NCBI RefSeq assembly: GCF_009914755.1
Contig: NC_060933.1
DNA from: the human T2T-CHM13v2.0 reference genome, Homo sapiens
Length of the DNA stretch: 64,000 nt
Direction: 5' to 3' (one strand)
The first letter of the stretch is position 1. Each line of letters opens with the position of its first letter. Positions 1 to 16,981 of the stretch are shown here, piece by piece. The position numbers and the translations under genes are program-made. The notes under the pieces were generated by a model, which saw only the letters and a program-made list of their open reading frames with translations, made no database searches and had not been told where the DNA came from.

Positions 1-1203
1 GCACATAAATTACAGGGAGGAGGCCGGTGGCCAACTGGCTTCAAGGCAGGCCCTGCCTCTCTCTAGCACAAGGAAGCGCTTTGTGCAGCCCAACACCTCA
101 TTATCTGGCAACTCAGTCACACCGGAAAGGGCAAATAATGGGGTGAGCGCGACACATGTTGTGCAGACGTCCCTCCCTGCACAAACCTGTCCTGGAGTCC
201 CACTGCCTGTGGGCCAAAGGCTCAATTAACTCCTTAGTATGGTATTTGCAGCCCTTCAATCTGGCTGCAACAACTCTTTCCAGAAAAGTCTCTTTCTAAT
301 CTAATTCATTTATTCATCTATAAGACGTTTACTAAGCACCTACTATGTGCCAAGCATGATGCTGAAGGAGCTGAAGCACTCCTAAGGTCTCATGGGTCCT
401 GAATCCTTTGCAGATCACACACAAGTCCCCAGCTAAAAGCTCTCCATAGAGGAGGTGGTAATTACTAACTGTTTTTAATCATCACTCCCACCTGCCACTG
501 AGGAGAATCAAAGCTGCTCTTTCCAATGCCCACCACCACACCAAAAGGCAGGCAGCACAGGCCTGCATGAGGCCACTAGAAGCCTAAAATGTAGAGTCTT
601 GGCTGCTCTGGAGGGCACTGGAGTTTGGAGGTTTTTTCCCTTGTTGGAGTTACTGGCAATTTGGGGACTATTGGGGTTTTACAGCATACTGGCTCTTCAA
701 TCAACCTCTCTGAGATCACTTATCTGACAAGCACTCCTGCATCCACTCTGGGGTCAGGCCCCGTGCAAGGTGCAGGGCTCTCACTGTGGCTCTCCAGGAG
801 CCATGACATGGTGTGACTGCTTCCGCCAGAGGTGTGGACATGTGTACACAGAGGAGGGAGGGGTGGGAGGTCAGGAAGCCTCCCAAATGGCAGGACAGCT
901 GAGCTGAACTTAAGAGGATGAGGAGGATAAAGGTGTGACACACAAGTGAAGACACAGAGGCATACAGGTGAGCCTTGCATCCTGGCACAAGGTCAGAGGT
1001 TCCCAGCTGGCTGTCATGGAAGGGATGGAGTAAAAAGAAGCCTTTCCAAGAGGTAAGGGTCAGCTGGAATGTCAAGCTATGAGTCTGGACATGATAGAAG
1101 CCATGGGTAGTGTCTAAATGATGACACGTCCAGACTCACTTTTGGAAGACAGAAGATAAAGGACAAATCAAAAGGGTCAAGACTACAGCCACATGGGATA
1201 TCA

Positions 1204-1588
<385 letters not shown>

Positions 1589-1875
1589 CTACCACTTTGT
1601 AATGAACCTGACTATACAACGTGAGATCCTACACAGCACAACACAGGTACAATAAAAACGGTGCATTTTAAAAAGACGTATGTTTTTTGACATGAGAACG
1701 TGGGCAACTTCTGTGCAATGTAAAGATTGATTAAAGATCTTCTAGCGTGTCTAGGCCAGAGACAGCTTGAAAGAAACCAAGAGGGAGTGGGGTCAAAACA
1801 ATCAGGTCAAAATGGGTATGTATAAAACACAGAGATTACAAGTTAACATGGGTCATGATTATGAAAAGAGGCACC

Positions 1876-2120
1876 AGGCACAGGTGGCTCACGCCTGTAA
1901 TCCTAGCACTTTGGGAGGCAGAGGAGGGCGGATCACCTGAGGTCAGGAGTTCAAGACCAGCCTGGCCAACATGATGAAACCCTGTGTCTACTAAAAATAC
2001 GAAAATTAGCCAGGCGTGGTGGTGTGTGCCTGTAATCCCAGCTATTCAGGAGGCTGAGGTGGGAGAATCGCTCAAAACCGGGAGGCGGAAGTTGCAGTGA
2101 GCCGAGATAAGAAAAAAAAA
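1876..2120 (+). mobile_element. AluS lacking the end of the right arm
   Basis: Alu sequence stops at gccgagat, followed by an A-tract; flanking repeat gaaaagaggcacc. Confidence 0.88.
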
Positions 2121-2146
2121 GAAAAGAGGCACCTAATGTTTTCAGC

Positions 2147-2321
2147 CAGGGTTGGGCAAAGCTTCACTTCTGTAAGTAAAGCATTGCTGAACGTGGCCAG
2201 GCCTGCTCATTTATATATTGTCTGTGGCTCCCTGAAGAAGTGAACAGAGGCAACAGAAACCGTGTTGCTGCAAAGCCTGAAATACTATTTGGCCCTTTAC
2301 AGAAAAAGTTTGTGACCTCTG
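2147..2321. mobile_element. MER58A-like hAT-Charlie MITE
   Basis: cagggttgggcaaa...ggccctttacagaaaaagtttgtgacctctg matches MER58A termini. Confidence 0.75.
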
Positions 2322-4288
2322 TGTTAGACACATAAGAATTGAATACAGGCAAACAAGAACAAGCAGTTGCCCTGAGGGCAATATACTGATGCTCGAAGCC
2401 CCCCCGGGTCCTCCTTCTCCGAGTAGGGCCCTCAGGAGACACCACATTCCTCTGAACATCTTGGGTGGTCAATCTTCCATACTCTGGAGTGGATTTAATT
2501 TCTAGAAACTGCCCACGGCTTTTCCAAACCAATTTAGGTGAAAAGGTGGGTGATCACGCCAAGCAATGAAACATACAAACTTGCCAGGGGCAGGACGCAA
2601 GCCTCTAACACGGAAGGAATTGAAATCGCAATGAGATGTGGCTTCATTGTAAAGTTGCACAACTTGGTTTCTTGTGTCTCATTAATTGGGGACAACAGTC
2701 ATATAATGTTTGGGCCTCGGCCTGACAGGCCTGACAGTAAAAATCCCTTCGTCGCTTGTGGCTTATGACTACCTCTTACAAGACAAACCACATTCCACAG
2801 GAACCTGCGGTCTGGAGAGGGCTGTTAAGGGCTGTCCTGGGAAGTTTTTGGAAAAGATGGGGCCTGGTGAGAGAAAAGAACACCTGGCCTTTTTACAAAT
2901 GCAGACACTGTGGCCCAGGGAGGGGAGGGGCCTTGCCAACATCACCTAGCCATGGCACCTCAAGGTTCAACGTACCCAAAGTGGCCAGTGTTTCAGGTTC
3001 AGTGCCAGCTGTGGGGGATGAGTGAAAAATGAGTTCATGTTCTCCAAGAGTCCAGTCCCTGGTATCCAGATAACACAGGAATGTCAATAAAAACAGAGAA
3101 GTTTGGCAGGCCTTGGGTATGTCCCCTGACCTCTCCAAGTCTGCTTACTTGTATGAAAAATAGTATCTTCCTTACACAATTCCTGTGAGGACTCCAATGA
3201 GAGATGTACCTGAAGCACCCAGCAGAGTATAGCATACAGTAAGTGCTCAACTGAAAGCAGCTAATCACTTCAGGCACAAGGCTGAGCTATTTTCTAGTTG
3301 CAGCGGTCCAATCTTCTTACCCACAAGTGTGTACACACACCTCCCCTTCGGTGCAGAAAACTGGAGACTGCAAGGCTTCACTGAGCACCTGTCCTGTGTG
3401 AGGAATGGCCCTGCCTGCCTCCAACAGGGAAGTTAACAGAGGGGAAAACTGCAATCTGGCTCTGGAACTGCAACATTCCTACCCCTCTTGGCTAATGCCT
3501 TCAGCAGGACCACAATTATAAACACAGAACTAACAGGAACTGAGAAACAGCAGCAGATCAAAAAGCAGGTTGCTCTTGCTTTTGGAGGATGTGAGACAGA
3601 TTTCTTCCAAAGAGGCAAGGGAAAATCCCCCATCTTTACAGGTCAGGAATAGCGCCAGTAAATCCCTCCACTTTGTCCTTTCTCCTTTCATGGAATAGCC
3701 CAATGCGCCAGTGGGTGTTAAGCAAACAAGGGTGTGAGTTGCAGCTTCCTGTGCCTGACTATGCAGTTCCCGCACAGGTCCTTGCCCGAGCTAACGCTGT
3801 GGCCCCGGACACAGACAGATAAAGTCCCGATCGAACACTAAGGGCCAAAGCTGGCACCAATGAGCAAGCCTGGTGAGCTTATATAACAAAGGGCTTGTCA
3901 CCACTTCCTGTGATCCTCATCGCCAGCATTCCAACACAATGAGACACTCAGCGGCTTTGAAGTTCAACAACTCATTCAGATGGCCCCAGCAAAAACTCTG
4001 CTGGGAGGTGGAGAGCCTGTGCTCCCTTACCTCACCTTCTCATCCCCCTCCTCACGTTGTGCTTGCAATGTTACCACTTCAAAAAAATTTCCAATAGTAA
4101 TTAAATGATTTGCATTTGTTTTTAAAAACTGTAAAATATTCCAACCTTCCAGCGATAACCAGTGTATACATTTTGGTCGATTTCCTTCCAGTCTTTTTTC
4201 TACATATGTCGGTGGGAATGCAGTAATTGGAAAAGAATACAAATATTCATCATTTTTTATATCCTGCGTTTAAAAAAGTATTACTTCT

Positions 4289-4603
<315 letters not shown>

Positions 4604-4865
4604 TTACATTGTTGAGTGTTTTCCATCTTAACGATATTGCAGTGGAGTTACTCAACTCAGCTTTTGTTGGCTGTATTCCCTCTCACTTTAGGCCACACGT
4701 TAGCCATTTCCCATGGCTGGATATTTAGGTAATTTCCAGTTTTTGGTTTTGCCAAATGTTTTAGGTGCTTTTCCCTAGGAGGGCACCACTGGGTTCCCAG
4801 GGTAACAACTTTTAAGCCTCTCCATGTTGCTCTCTCACTGTTTCCAGTCACTCTTTTTGACCTAA

Positions 4866-5230
<365 letters not shown>

Positions 5231-5257
5231 AATATCCTCACTGAAAACAGGCTCAGA

Positions 5258-5655
<398 letters not shown>

Positions 5656-5686
5656 CTAACACTGGCCCACACTGCTTCCCTCATAG

Positions 5687-6031
<345 letters not shown>

Positions 6032-7088
6032 TGAATGCATGATGATCTGAAACACAGCTTGCTATGGTCCCCAAGTCTCACCCTGTAATCTTAAATCCAC
6101 CTGTCAATGTCTTGACCATCCAACCCCAGAACCAATGCAGGGAAATGTCACAGTCCTTCAGCAAAAGGGCTCAAGTAGTCTTTTATTCAGCAATGGGAAA
6201 GGTTCCCTTTTACCACTAAAGAACTAAGCGGCAGAAAATGCCATGCCCCAATTAAGTCTAAGGAATAGACTTAATAATGACAATCTAATTTGCTCACTCT
6301 GAATTTAGACTATGAATGCAAGGTTACCTTAGATTTCACATTCAAACCTACCTTTGAAATTCAAATATATGGATATTTTAAGGCAGCCAGGCCTCCTTCT
6401 GCAAGGGAAGCCCTGATTTCCCTTTTTGGGATTTTTTTTTAAAGAAAAGTCTGGGAAGACACAAGAACGTATGAACAAAATATATGTTTTGTTTCAGTAC
6501 CCTTCACAGATCTAAAGTCCCTTCCCCATAACTATGAAGGTGGTCGTCAGAAATGTCCAAGCATAAAATGACTCTCAAAATGAATGAATGTATACAACTG
6601 AAATTTACTTTCAGAGTAAGAAATGCTTGAATATATATGGAACTAGAAGCTGCCGAATGTTAAGAAATCCAATACTCTTAAGTGTCTGCTAGTCTGTAGA
6701 AAACAGATGTAATCAGAAGAAACCATCAAAAGCAAAGGGTAAGATATTTTCAAGGATAATCATTCCCAAAAAGGCCAGGCAGATACAAAAAAAAAGAGAG
6801 ATTTCTAATTTGGGGGTGATGGGAGAAAACACACAAAAAAGAACGTGCCTTCACTCCTCAACCACTGACTACAATCTTTTACTACAAACTGCTTATTTAG
6901 CATCCTCTGAATTGTCACAATTTTTGCTCCCACTGGAGGCTTCAAGTCTAATCATCTGTAAGGATTCCTCAAAACAGTTTGCCTGGATAAAGAAAAGTTT
7001 CTCTGCCTTTTCAAAACCAGGCCCACTTCTACCCTAGTTTGCAGGTGACAAAGAATCTGAGTCGAAGTTGCACACAAAATTCAAGGCA

Positions 7089-7393
7089 GGCCAGGCAGGG
7101 TGGCTCATGCCTGTAATCCCAGCACTTTGGAAGGCGAGGCGGGCAGATCACGAGGTCAGGAGATCGCGACCATCCTGGCCAACATGGTGAAACCCTGTCT
7201 CTACTAAAAAATAACAAAAATTTAGCTGGGCATGGTGGCGCATGCCTGTAATCTCAGCTACTCGGGAGGCTGAGGCAGGAGAATCGCCTGAACCAGGGAG
7301 TCAGAGGTTGCAGTGAGCCAAGATCGCGACACTGCACTCCAACCTGGTGACAGAGTGAGACTCCGTCTAAAAAAAAAAAAAAAAAAAAAAAAA
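7089..7393 (+). mobile_element. AluS(c-like)
   Basis: Long A tail, TSD aaaattcaaggcag. Confidence 0.9.
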
Positions 7394-9056
7394 TTCAAGG
7401 CAGAGGGACAAAGGGCAAGTAGGCGAGACCTCAAAGCATGCCCGGGTTGAGTGTCTGCACTTTGACAACCTTCAGGCCCAAGGCCTGGGAATATCATCCA
7501 GGCTGTGACAGCGTTCTCAGCTGTCCTGTGGGTGATGAGGAAGTGATGACACCAACTCCCACCATCTCGTCACTTCACAGTCACACCACAGATGGCTTTC
7601 AGATGATCCAGAGCCCCACAGAAGCCCGGCAAGCAGGAGCTGACTGATGGCAACATTATTCCTAGATCTTTACAAAGCGTTTCTTCTGAGCCTGTAAAGC
7701 GAGCTCTGCCGGTCAGAGTGGCCCTCTGATGGAGTGGTGAATGTGTAAGGAATTGTCCAGGGATCTTCAAGGGGCTCTTTGACTGAGCCCAGCAAACATC
7801 TTCATCGTGGCTAACATTTCTTTCCCTCTGGGGACCTAAAGGAGGCTGAGCACTTACTGTTTTTCGAAGAGCTTCTCCCTGCAAGGACGTCCTCTGAAGA
7901 TCAGCATCCCGCGTTGGCTCAGAGCCCTGGTTTTCCCTTTCCCTTCTTGCACTGCTGTCTTCTGAAGACTTCAACTACGACACCAGCAACTTTACATGGC
8001 TTCTTTCTAACTGCCATCATTTGCCTGGACATCCTGGAATGTCTCTAACTCCACGAGGTGCTGCCATCAGATGGGAGAGCTCCATCTCAAGGGCAGGTGA
8101 CTAGCTCTGTCCACCCCCAGAACACACACAGCCCCCTCCCCATCTCCTTAGTCCCCCACGTCTTTCCTCATGGATGGGCTGCTTGGTAGCTCTGTCCTTT
8201 CCTGCTCCATGTTTCAGCAGAAACAAGCAGTCTGACTTGTACAAGGCCTCCTCCGCCCAACTCTCCAACCAGCAGAGCCATTCCCGGCTCAGACTCCGTG
8301 ACCCCAGCACATGTTCCGTCCGGCTCTGACAGAATGTGGACAAATGCTCTGATGGACTGAGTAACTCACAAACTCCCACAGAGGACGTTTCGGCTATTGA
8401 CAGAAAAATCTATCCTCCTGACAAGCGCTCGGTCAATTTCTCTCGATTGCCCAGTGTCATCTGAGAGCTGCCTGAGCAGTCAGTTGCAGTATTTGAGGCC
8501 CTTGGTGCCTCTGCCTAAAGCATTCCATGTCCTCCTAACTGGGTCCCCACCTCCATGCCCAGCTTAGAGCCTCCCCACCCCCACTCCTTTCTAACTATCC
8601 CCTCAGGCTACAGACATACAGGTGTCCCTAAAGCATGAGGCTGACCCTTTCACTCACTCCCTCCACTACCTTTCTTTACCCACAGAATAAAGACCAAACT
8701 GTGGCCTGGCCCTGAAGGCCTTCCCACACCTGGCTTCTCCTCCATCATCTACTAGGGACCATTCAGAGGGCCCCTCTCCCGGGATGTCCTCCTCACATCC
8801 ACCAATCTCTAAATATCCAGATCCTCCTTATGCATGAAGGCCCAGCTCCCATGCTGCCTCCTCCATGAAGCTTTCCTTGATGCCCCTTTGGCAGCATTGT
8901 CCTGAGAATGTGCCTATGGGGAGTACCTGGCCCAAACTAGACACTTTATCGACAGTAGAGACCTGTGGTTTCTATGACAGTAGAGACCTATTCAGCTGAT
9001 AAATGGCCATCAGCTGACACAGAGCTGACCCGTCACTGTCCCTTGCATCTGTGTAA

Positions 9057-9465
<409 letters not shown>

Positions 9466-10899
9466 AGAATGGGACTCTTAATAGAACTTGCCTCCTATGG
9501 GGTGTTGTGGGAATCAGTGAGCTAACATACCTCAAGCTCTTAGAACAGAGTGGTGATCCCAGGTAAAGCTTAACCGTAAGCAGACCCACCAAGATAAGGA
9601 TAGGTTCACTCTCTGAGGACCACATCATCAGCCCAGACAGGGCAACCCCACTGACTTTACTGTGGCTATAGAAAGCCCAAAGTTCAAAGCTGGACTGAGG
9701 CCCAAGACACACAGGCCAAAATAATATAAAACATTCATAAAGCTCTTCCTAAATGCTAGGCATTGTGCTCAGCCATTTCAACAAATGATTTTATTTAATC
9801 CTCACAACGACCCAATGTACTTCCCCAGAACCTCATCTCCCAAATGCCTTACCATCTGTAAAATGGGGATTCTCACAGCAACACCTCAAAGACACACAGT
9901 TAAGGATCAAGTACTGAAAGTGTTACCTATGGTGACACAGAGTGAATGGTCAGGAAACACCATCTGTTACTATTCTACCTACATAGAAGATGGGGCATTC
10001 CAGGCCCAGAGAATTTTATCACTTGTCCCAAGTTACTAAGCTTCCAAGCACCAGGGCTAGGATTTGAGCTCTGGACTTCCGACCCTAAAGCCAGTGAGTG
10101 TTTCATGCCACCACAGTGGGACACACTTGGGTTCTGCTGTGTCTGGAGCAACAGCCCTGGGCTCCTGTGGTGTATGACCTTGTCAGCTAGCCCCCACAAG
10201 GGGCCAAGAAGCAGGACAGGGAATGCCCAACCCTGACATCACACTGCTTTCAGCCACGCAACCTCTGCTCCACTTGCTACCTACTCCTCTGGAATCCACT
10301 CCTGACAGCTCCTTTGCTGAGACTCCCCAAATCCACCTGGGAATCTGACCTTGTTCCCCATCCAGTCACATGCCTGCACAGTTAACACCTCAGTGCCAAC
10401 CTCAACTCACCCACCGGGAACCTGCTCTAGCCTATTACTTCATGCCCACAGGAAGCTCCTAGACTTGGGCTCCATCAAGACCTCCACAGTTGTGACATCA
10501 AAGGGTCCTTGCCCTTAGCAGCTGGGGTCCTGGCTGGGAATCTGGCTCTGTGGGCAGTGTTATAGCCTGCAGCTTCTCTCTGCCTTTGAAGATACAATCG
10601 CACATCTGAGGGTCCTTATATGAGAGAAGCAAGGTTAGACTGGTTCTACTTGACCTCAGAGAGTCAAACCAAGACAGTAGTAGAATCTACAAAGAAAAAG
10701 AGTTCAACCAACGAGTTCCTGTGAATACCAGGTGCTCAAAAAGCTAGAGTAAACATTTAAAATAAAAAAAAAGTCAACCCCAGCTGTGCAAAGGTGGCCG
10801 GACAAAAGGTAACAAATCTCAACATTGGAAGTTTTCAGCATGGATGGAAGAGAGTTGGATGGGGTGATCCCCAGCTCTCTGGGACACCAAAGGTCAAGG

Positions 10900-11060
10900 A
10901 TAGCAGCTTTCTACCTTGGCTGCAGATCACAATCATCTGGGAGCTTCAAAAAATACTGATGCCCTGGCTGTATCTCCAGAAATTAATTAATCTGGGATGG
11001 GAGCCTAGGAAACTGAAATTTGTAAAATGCTATGCAGGTAATTTTACTGTGCTGCCAGGA
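10900..11060. mobile_element. MER5-family DNA transposon fragment
   Basis: cttggctgcagatcacaatcatctgggagcttcaaaaaatactgatgccc resembles MER5B. Confidence 0.6.
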
Positions 11061-12079
11061 CTGGTCCTGGGTTCAGTGACGTGATGTGAGTTAGGCAGAC
11101 ACCTTCAGCCTCTTAGAACCACAGTCATGTTCGGCAGTGTTCAGAAATCTGCATTTTTCCTGGATTTATTCCCCATGAACACTCCACGACTTAATCTTTT
11201 CCTTTAATACCAATTTGTTTATGTCATCAACCTCACAGCAAACACTGCAGGATGGATTTTCCTAACACCAGCATGAACCAGAAAAAGAGAAACAGGCTAT
11301 AGTGGTCTGGAAAAAAATCTCTCACTGATTGAAGACACGGGACACCTGGGTTGATGGTGGGCCGAAAACGGTGGGGTGCAGAGGAAGAACCTGGTGACCT
11401 GAACTTTTTGCAGGTGTTAAAAAATTTGAGTGACCAAAATCGTGTGGCCCACACAGGCCACACCTTCAAATCCTACCCATTCTGAACTCTCCCACCAGCC
11501 ATACCCACCTCGCCCAAATGCTTCTCTTGTCTGCTCAGGGAGTCATTTACCTGCCTGCCTATGCTGGCAATGAATTCCTCCCTCTCCAATACCCACTCCT
11601 GGGCTCTCAGCTAGAGCACCCAGGCTTAACTGTCTCTGATTGTTCCATAGGACTCAGCCCAGTGCTGGAATATGGTTGGATGACTGAACGCTACACCCAC
11701 TCTGTGAAAACTGAAACACTCGCTTGGCTCAAGCCACATGGGCAGGGCAGACCACCGTGATTGCCTCAAATACACCTAGACAGCCCAGCCTCCGGTATCA
11801 GAGGAGGATGCCGACTCCACCAGAGGCAAGACAAGGCTGTCTTGGCCACATCCCACACACCACAGCAGGTTTGGCATTCTGCTGTGGTGGGTAAAGATGA
11901 AGCCCTAGTTAATACCTAGTTACTTTCCTCAGATGTCAGGAGTTGAATGTGTAATAAGCGCATGGGTATCTGCAGAAGAAAGTTGTCATTTTATAAAGAC
12001 AGGCCTTCATCATCATTATCATAATCACTGATGAGACCTAAACACTGTCAGGGCAAGATGGAGTCAAAATATTTAAGTC

Positions 12080-13330
12080 TCAAAAGGTACCTGAAGATCA
12101 TGAGCAAGCAATACAGGGTACCCAGACACACACTAGCCATTTGGAAAATAAGATGACAACCATACCTCATACAATGAAATCAAACTCTAGGGGGATGGAA
12201 ATTTTAATGTAAAAAAAAAATCCATCAAAGTATTAGAAGAAAATATAAATACTACAGTAGGGAAGACTTTGTTTTTTTGAGACAGAGTCTTGCTCTGTCT
12301 TCCAGGCTGGAATACACTGGCGCAATCTCAGTTCACTGCAACCTCTGTCTCCTGGGTTCAAGCAATTCTCGTGCCTCAGCCTCTAAAGTAGCTGGGACTA
12401 CAGGGGGATGCCACCACACACAGGTAATTTTCTGTATTTTTAGTAGAGACAGGTTTTTGCCATGCTGCCCAGGCTGGTCTTGAATCCTGAGCTCATGTGA
12501 TCCACCCGCCTCAGTCTCCCAAAGTACTGGGATTATAGGCGTGAGCCACCGCGCCCACATGGGAAGACTTTTCTCAGCAGCATGCTCAAGAAATCATGAA
12601 GGTGGAGACTGATTAAATAGAAAACAATTCATTGTAACCAACAACAATTGCCACATATAGAACCAAAAGGCAAATTACAAACTTTAAAAAATGTTCTGCA
12701 ACCCAAATGGCAGGTAAGGGGCTGCTATTGTTAATCCACAAAGAGTTCTTACAAATCAACAGACAAAACCCTGCAGCAGAAAAGGATGAACAGATGATAA
12801 AGTAAACAGTTTTGGAAAAGCAACACAAATGGTCAACACACATTTGCACCAGGAATCCAGGAAACTGCAAATGCAACTAACTTGCATTAGAATTCCGAGG
12901 ATTGTGTGAGAAGGGTAAAACAGGTGTCAACTTGTAAGGTCTTTCTAGAACACAATTTGAAAGTATGTATCAGACTTTTTACTGTCTTATCCAACAATTC
13001 TCAGAATCAACCCCAAGGAAATAATCACAGACCTATGCAAAGAATTAAGTTACAAAGATGTTCATTACGGCACTGTTAAATTGGTGAAAACGAGGAAAAG
13101 CCCAACATGTGAACAGAATACAATGCAGCTATTAAATTACAGTTGTTAAATATTTAAGATATTGTAGACATCTTTCCATGTCTTTACGTTTAAAAAAATA
13201 TAGACGGTATCACTTAATTTTTGTGGCGAGAAAAATAAACATATATATATATGCAATGAAAAATGGCTAGATGAAAAAGTAGTAAAATGTTAATGGTGGT
13301 TTCTTTGAATTACGGAATTAGGGTTGGTTT
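12080..13330 (+). mobile_element. Degraded old L1M 3' fragments (interrupted by an Alu)
   Basis: A-rich L1-like motifs (ctagccatttggaaaa, aaagatgttcatt, aatggtggtt). Confidence 0.55.
12268..12558 (-). mobile_element. Alu
   Basis: Antisense Alu, TSD gggaagacttt. Confidence 0.9.
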
Positions 13331-14359
13331 CTGAGTTTTGCTTACTTATTATTTTCTATACCAAACTTGTCTTAATTTTGTTATAAGGGGTAAAAGGTTA
13401 GTCAAAAGATAAATGTGGAACTACAGCTCAAAATGCAAGCTGGTCCCTTTCTGAGGAACCGGCTCAGAGCACAGCCAACTTGCAAGGGCCCCACACAGGG
13501 CAGGTAGGCACCATGCCATTCCGCAAATGCCATGCAGTCCCCGATCACATGTGTGGCTTTGGAATGCACCAGAGGGATTACCGGGCTGTCTGGCTTTCTG
13601 GGAGTGCACATCCAACAAGATGGTAAAGTTTCACTGTTAAGAACTTTCTGATGATTTTCATTTTTAGAATTTAGCCGTGGCCTGGAGAAACCTGCAGACT
13701 CTCATTCCTCCTAGTTCTGTTTGCATTCTCCCCATAGCCCATGTACCAGTGAACCCACAATATAAGGGACCACTTCCTATCAGAAGCAGCCAGCAATGAA
13801 ATGTTCTGCTGAGCAAAACAGTGGCTGCTCCAGCCCTGTCCCTGGAGACTTAATCGCTGCACTGTCTCCACCGCCCTGTGGTGCCCAGCTCAGCCATGCA
13901 ACATAGCAGGTGGCCTCTTTTGAATTAGGAGTACTGGGGCAATTTCAGACTAGTGGCAGGCAGGGCCTGGCCCTTTGCCACCTTCCTCTATCCCTGGCAA
14001 ATATACCATGGCATGCCCCAAGCTCTGGCCACCCCTGACTGCACACAGCAGAGTTCCCCTTCCAATCTCAGCCACTGTAGATGGGATCCCCTCTGTCTTG
14101 GATGCCCCATCCACACCTTCCTCTGGACCCATCTCCCATGAGGCCTCCTCTTCCTGACGGTTTTCCCCATTTCCTCCCACAGACCCAGACAGAGGGCCAT
14201 CCATTTCTTCCCTGGGATCTCAGGCACCTCCTGACCCCAGAGGGCAGAGAGTGTCCCACTCTGGACCCCTAGGCCTCAGCTGCTGAATCTACTGCATCAG
14301 TGGCTGCTCGGGGCCAAAACCCTGCAGCCATCCTGGCTCTTCTCCCTCATCTCTGCCAG

Positions 14360-15067
14360 GAAATCCTGAGGCCCAATTTCACCACACGCTGGAATCTGCC
14401 CCTCTTCTCATCACCTGCTGTCAAAGCCCTGCTTTCAGTGGTCTGCCTGCTGGTGCCCTCTCTGCTCTAGAATCTCCAGAGCCACCCTTTAAAAACCCAA
14501 GTCAGATGCGTGGCTGGCTTCTCTGCTCAGAACCCTCTGCTGCCCCCATCTCATGCAGGGTTAGCGAGGAAGGCCTCTTCAATGCTTGTGAGTTCCGACA
14601 TCCTCTGCCCCACACCTCTCAGCCCTCAGCTGCCTTCATACCTCCTCCTCACCTGCTCCGCTCAGTCATATAGATCTCTGCATTGCTCCCTGAACCACCG
14701 AGGCATGCTACTGCCTCAGGCTTCTGCACTGTTCTTCTTCCCTCTGCCTGGAATGCCGTCCTTGGAGAGCGGGGTGGTTCATGCCATCACAACTCTTAGC
14801 AAGGCCCTCTCTGAGCACCCACATAAAAAGCATCCCACCCCAAATTCACGTTTGCCATCGCCTCTTTATTCCTCTTTACTTTCCTCCACAGTCCCCACCC
14901 CTGACGTAACTGTATTTACTTGACTCCTGTCATGAGAGAGCAAGCTCAGGGGAGCATAGACTCTTATCTGCTTTGTTCATGGCTCTATTCCCAGCACCTA
15001 AACAGAACAATCCCCAACACACAGCAGGCTCTCAACAGTGTCTACTGAATGAATGAATGAATGAATG
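14360..15067 (+). mobile_element. L2 3' end with (TGAA)n tail
   Basis: tgctttgttcatggctctattcccagcaccta...tgaatgaatgaatgaatga is a typical L2 terminus. Confidence 0.7.
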
Positions 15068-16052
15068 AGAAGAAAGGACTTGGCATGGGCTCTCACAGCC
15101 CCCTGGGAACTCTGGGTCCAGCCTGTAAGTCAAGGCCCGGCAGTGGGCCAGGGAATTCGCTTCCCCCACCCACCCACCCACCTGTCGAGTCACTCTCCCC
15201 TCCTCGGCCGTGGGAAGCCCCTTTCTGACCAGGAGTATTACGTGTTGCTTGGAAAACACTGGGCCTGAGTCACTCAGTGGGGCTCTAATTCTCTCTCCAT
15301 CCCCTGGACCCACCTCCAAGATCCTTCCTTTACAGCATAATGGGAAATCCAGAGACAGCTCCCCTTGGAGAAACTGGAAAGGAACTGAATGATTTAGAGG
15401 AAAATTCAGTTCTTCCTGCCTCGGGAGTTAGGAAAGCTCAAACTCTCAGGAAGTTAGTGCCGCTGAAAGTGAAACATTAATAGAAATATTACTGGAAAAT
15501 ACCAAACAGGAAGAGAAGGAAAATTCCATTGTGGAAGCAAGGTCCTCTGTCGATGCTCCTTAATGGTCTCAGCAAAGTGTTTCAGAATCAAAACACGGGA
15601 AGAAGCGGAAATCAATCAGGCTGTCACCCTTCCTGTAGACTCCAGATTCGGCCACGCCACCTCCACACCACCCCGGCACAAAGGGCACTGGCCTCAACAC
15701 AAGGTCAACACACACAGCAGGTACTGGCCACCAGCTCTGCCTCTGCTGTGAGGCAGGGAAGAATGCACTCCTCCCCATGAGCCTCTGTTTCTCCATCTGC
15801 AAAGGGGAGATTACAGCCCATTCCTCGCAGAGTGGCTCTGAGAAGCAAACAAATTACCGGTGTGAAAGTGCCCTTTAAGCTGTGGAATACTTACATAAAT
15901 GTTGGAATCAGTCACTTCTACCATGCCAACAGAGGGGACATTTTACAAAGAGTAAGTCTAGCCACAAATAAGGCAGAGATGATAAAGCAAATTCAGGCAT
16001 GGGATTGTGCAGCTTGAGGTAGTATGGCACAGTGGTTACAAACAGATGCTAG

Positions 16053-16410
<358 letters not shown>

Positions 16411-16981
16411 CTGACTTTAGACAAGTGACTTAACCTGTCTGTGCCTTGGTTTCCTCATATGTAAAAATGAAAATAGAAGTAGCAGTAGTAGTAGCTACCT
16501 CAAAGGACTGTAGTGAGGAGTAAAGTTACATACAAAGCACACAGAACTGCACCTAGCTCAGAGTATGTATAATAAAAGTATTAGCTAATATTACTGTAGT
16601 GGAAAACTCCCTTAATTCAAGTGATTGTACCTTTTTTACTCAAATACCTCCTCCTCACCCTGCATCTCCTGTGGCTCCATGAAATCAAGGCCCTGCCCAG
16701 AACAGTCTCTGTGCCAAGACAGCTTTTAGCTCACCCACACCACTTTATTTACAGATAAATTCTGACATACAGATGTGGGTTTCAACCTTGGTTCCTGTGT
16801 CCTCAACCAAAAGATAAGCTTTTCAGGGGCGGGCACTATCCAGGCCCTGGTTCATCCCTGTATCCACACAGCTCCTGATGGTGGCCTGCATATAGCAATT
16901 GCTCAGTCAGCACAGGCCAAATGAAAGCTAGGAAGTCAGAGACGACCACCACCTTTGTCCTGCGGAAAATGCACAACCTTC

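Noticed and set aside
2629-2683. Possible hairpin aatgaga...tctcatt
   Set aside because: Only 7 Watson-Crick pairs; insufficient for an ncRNA call.
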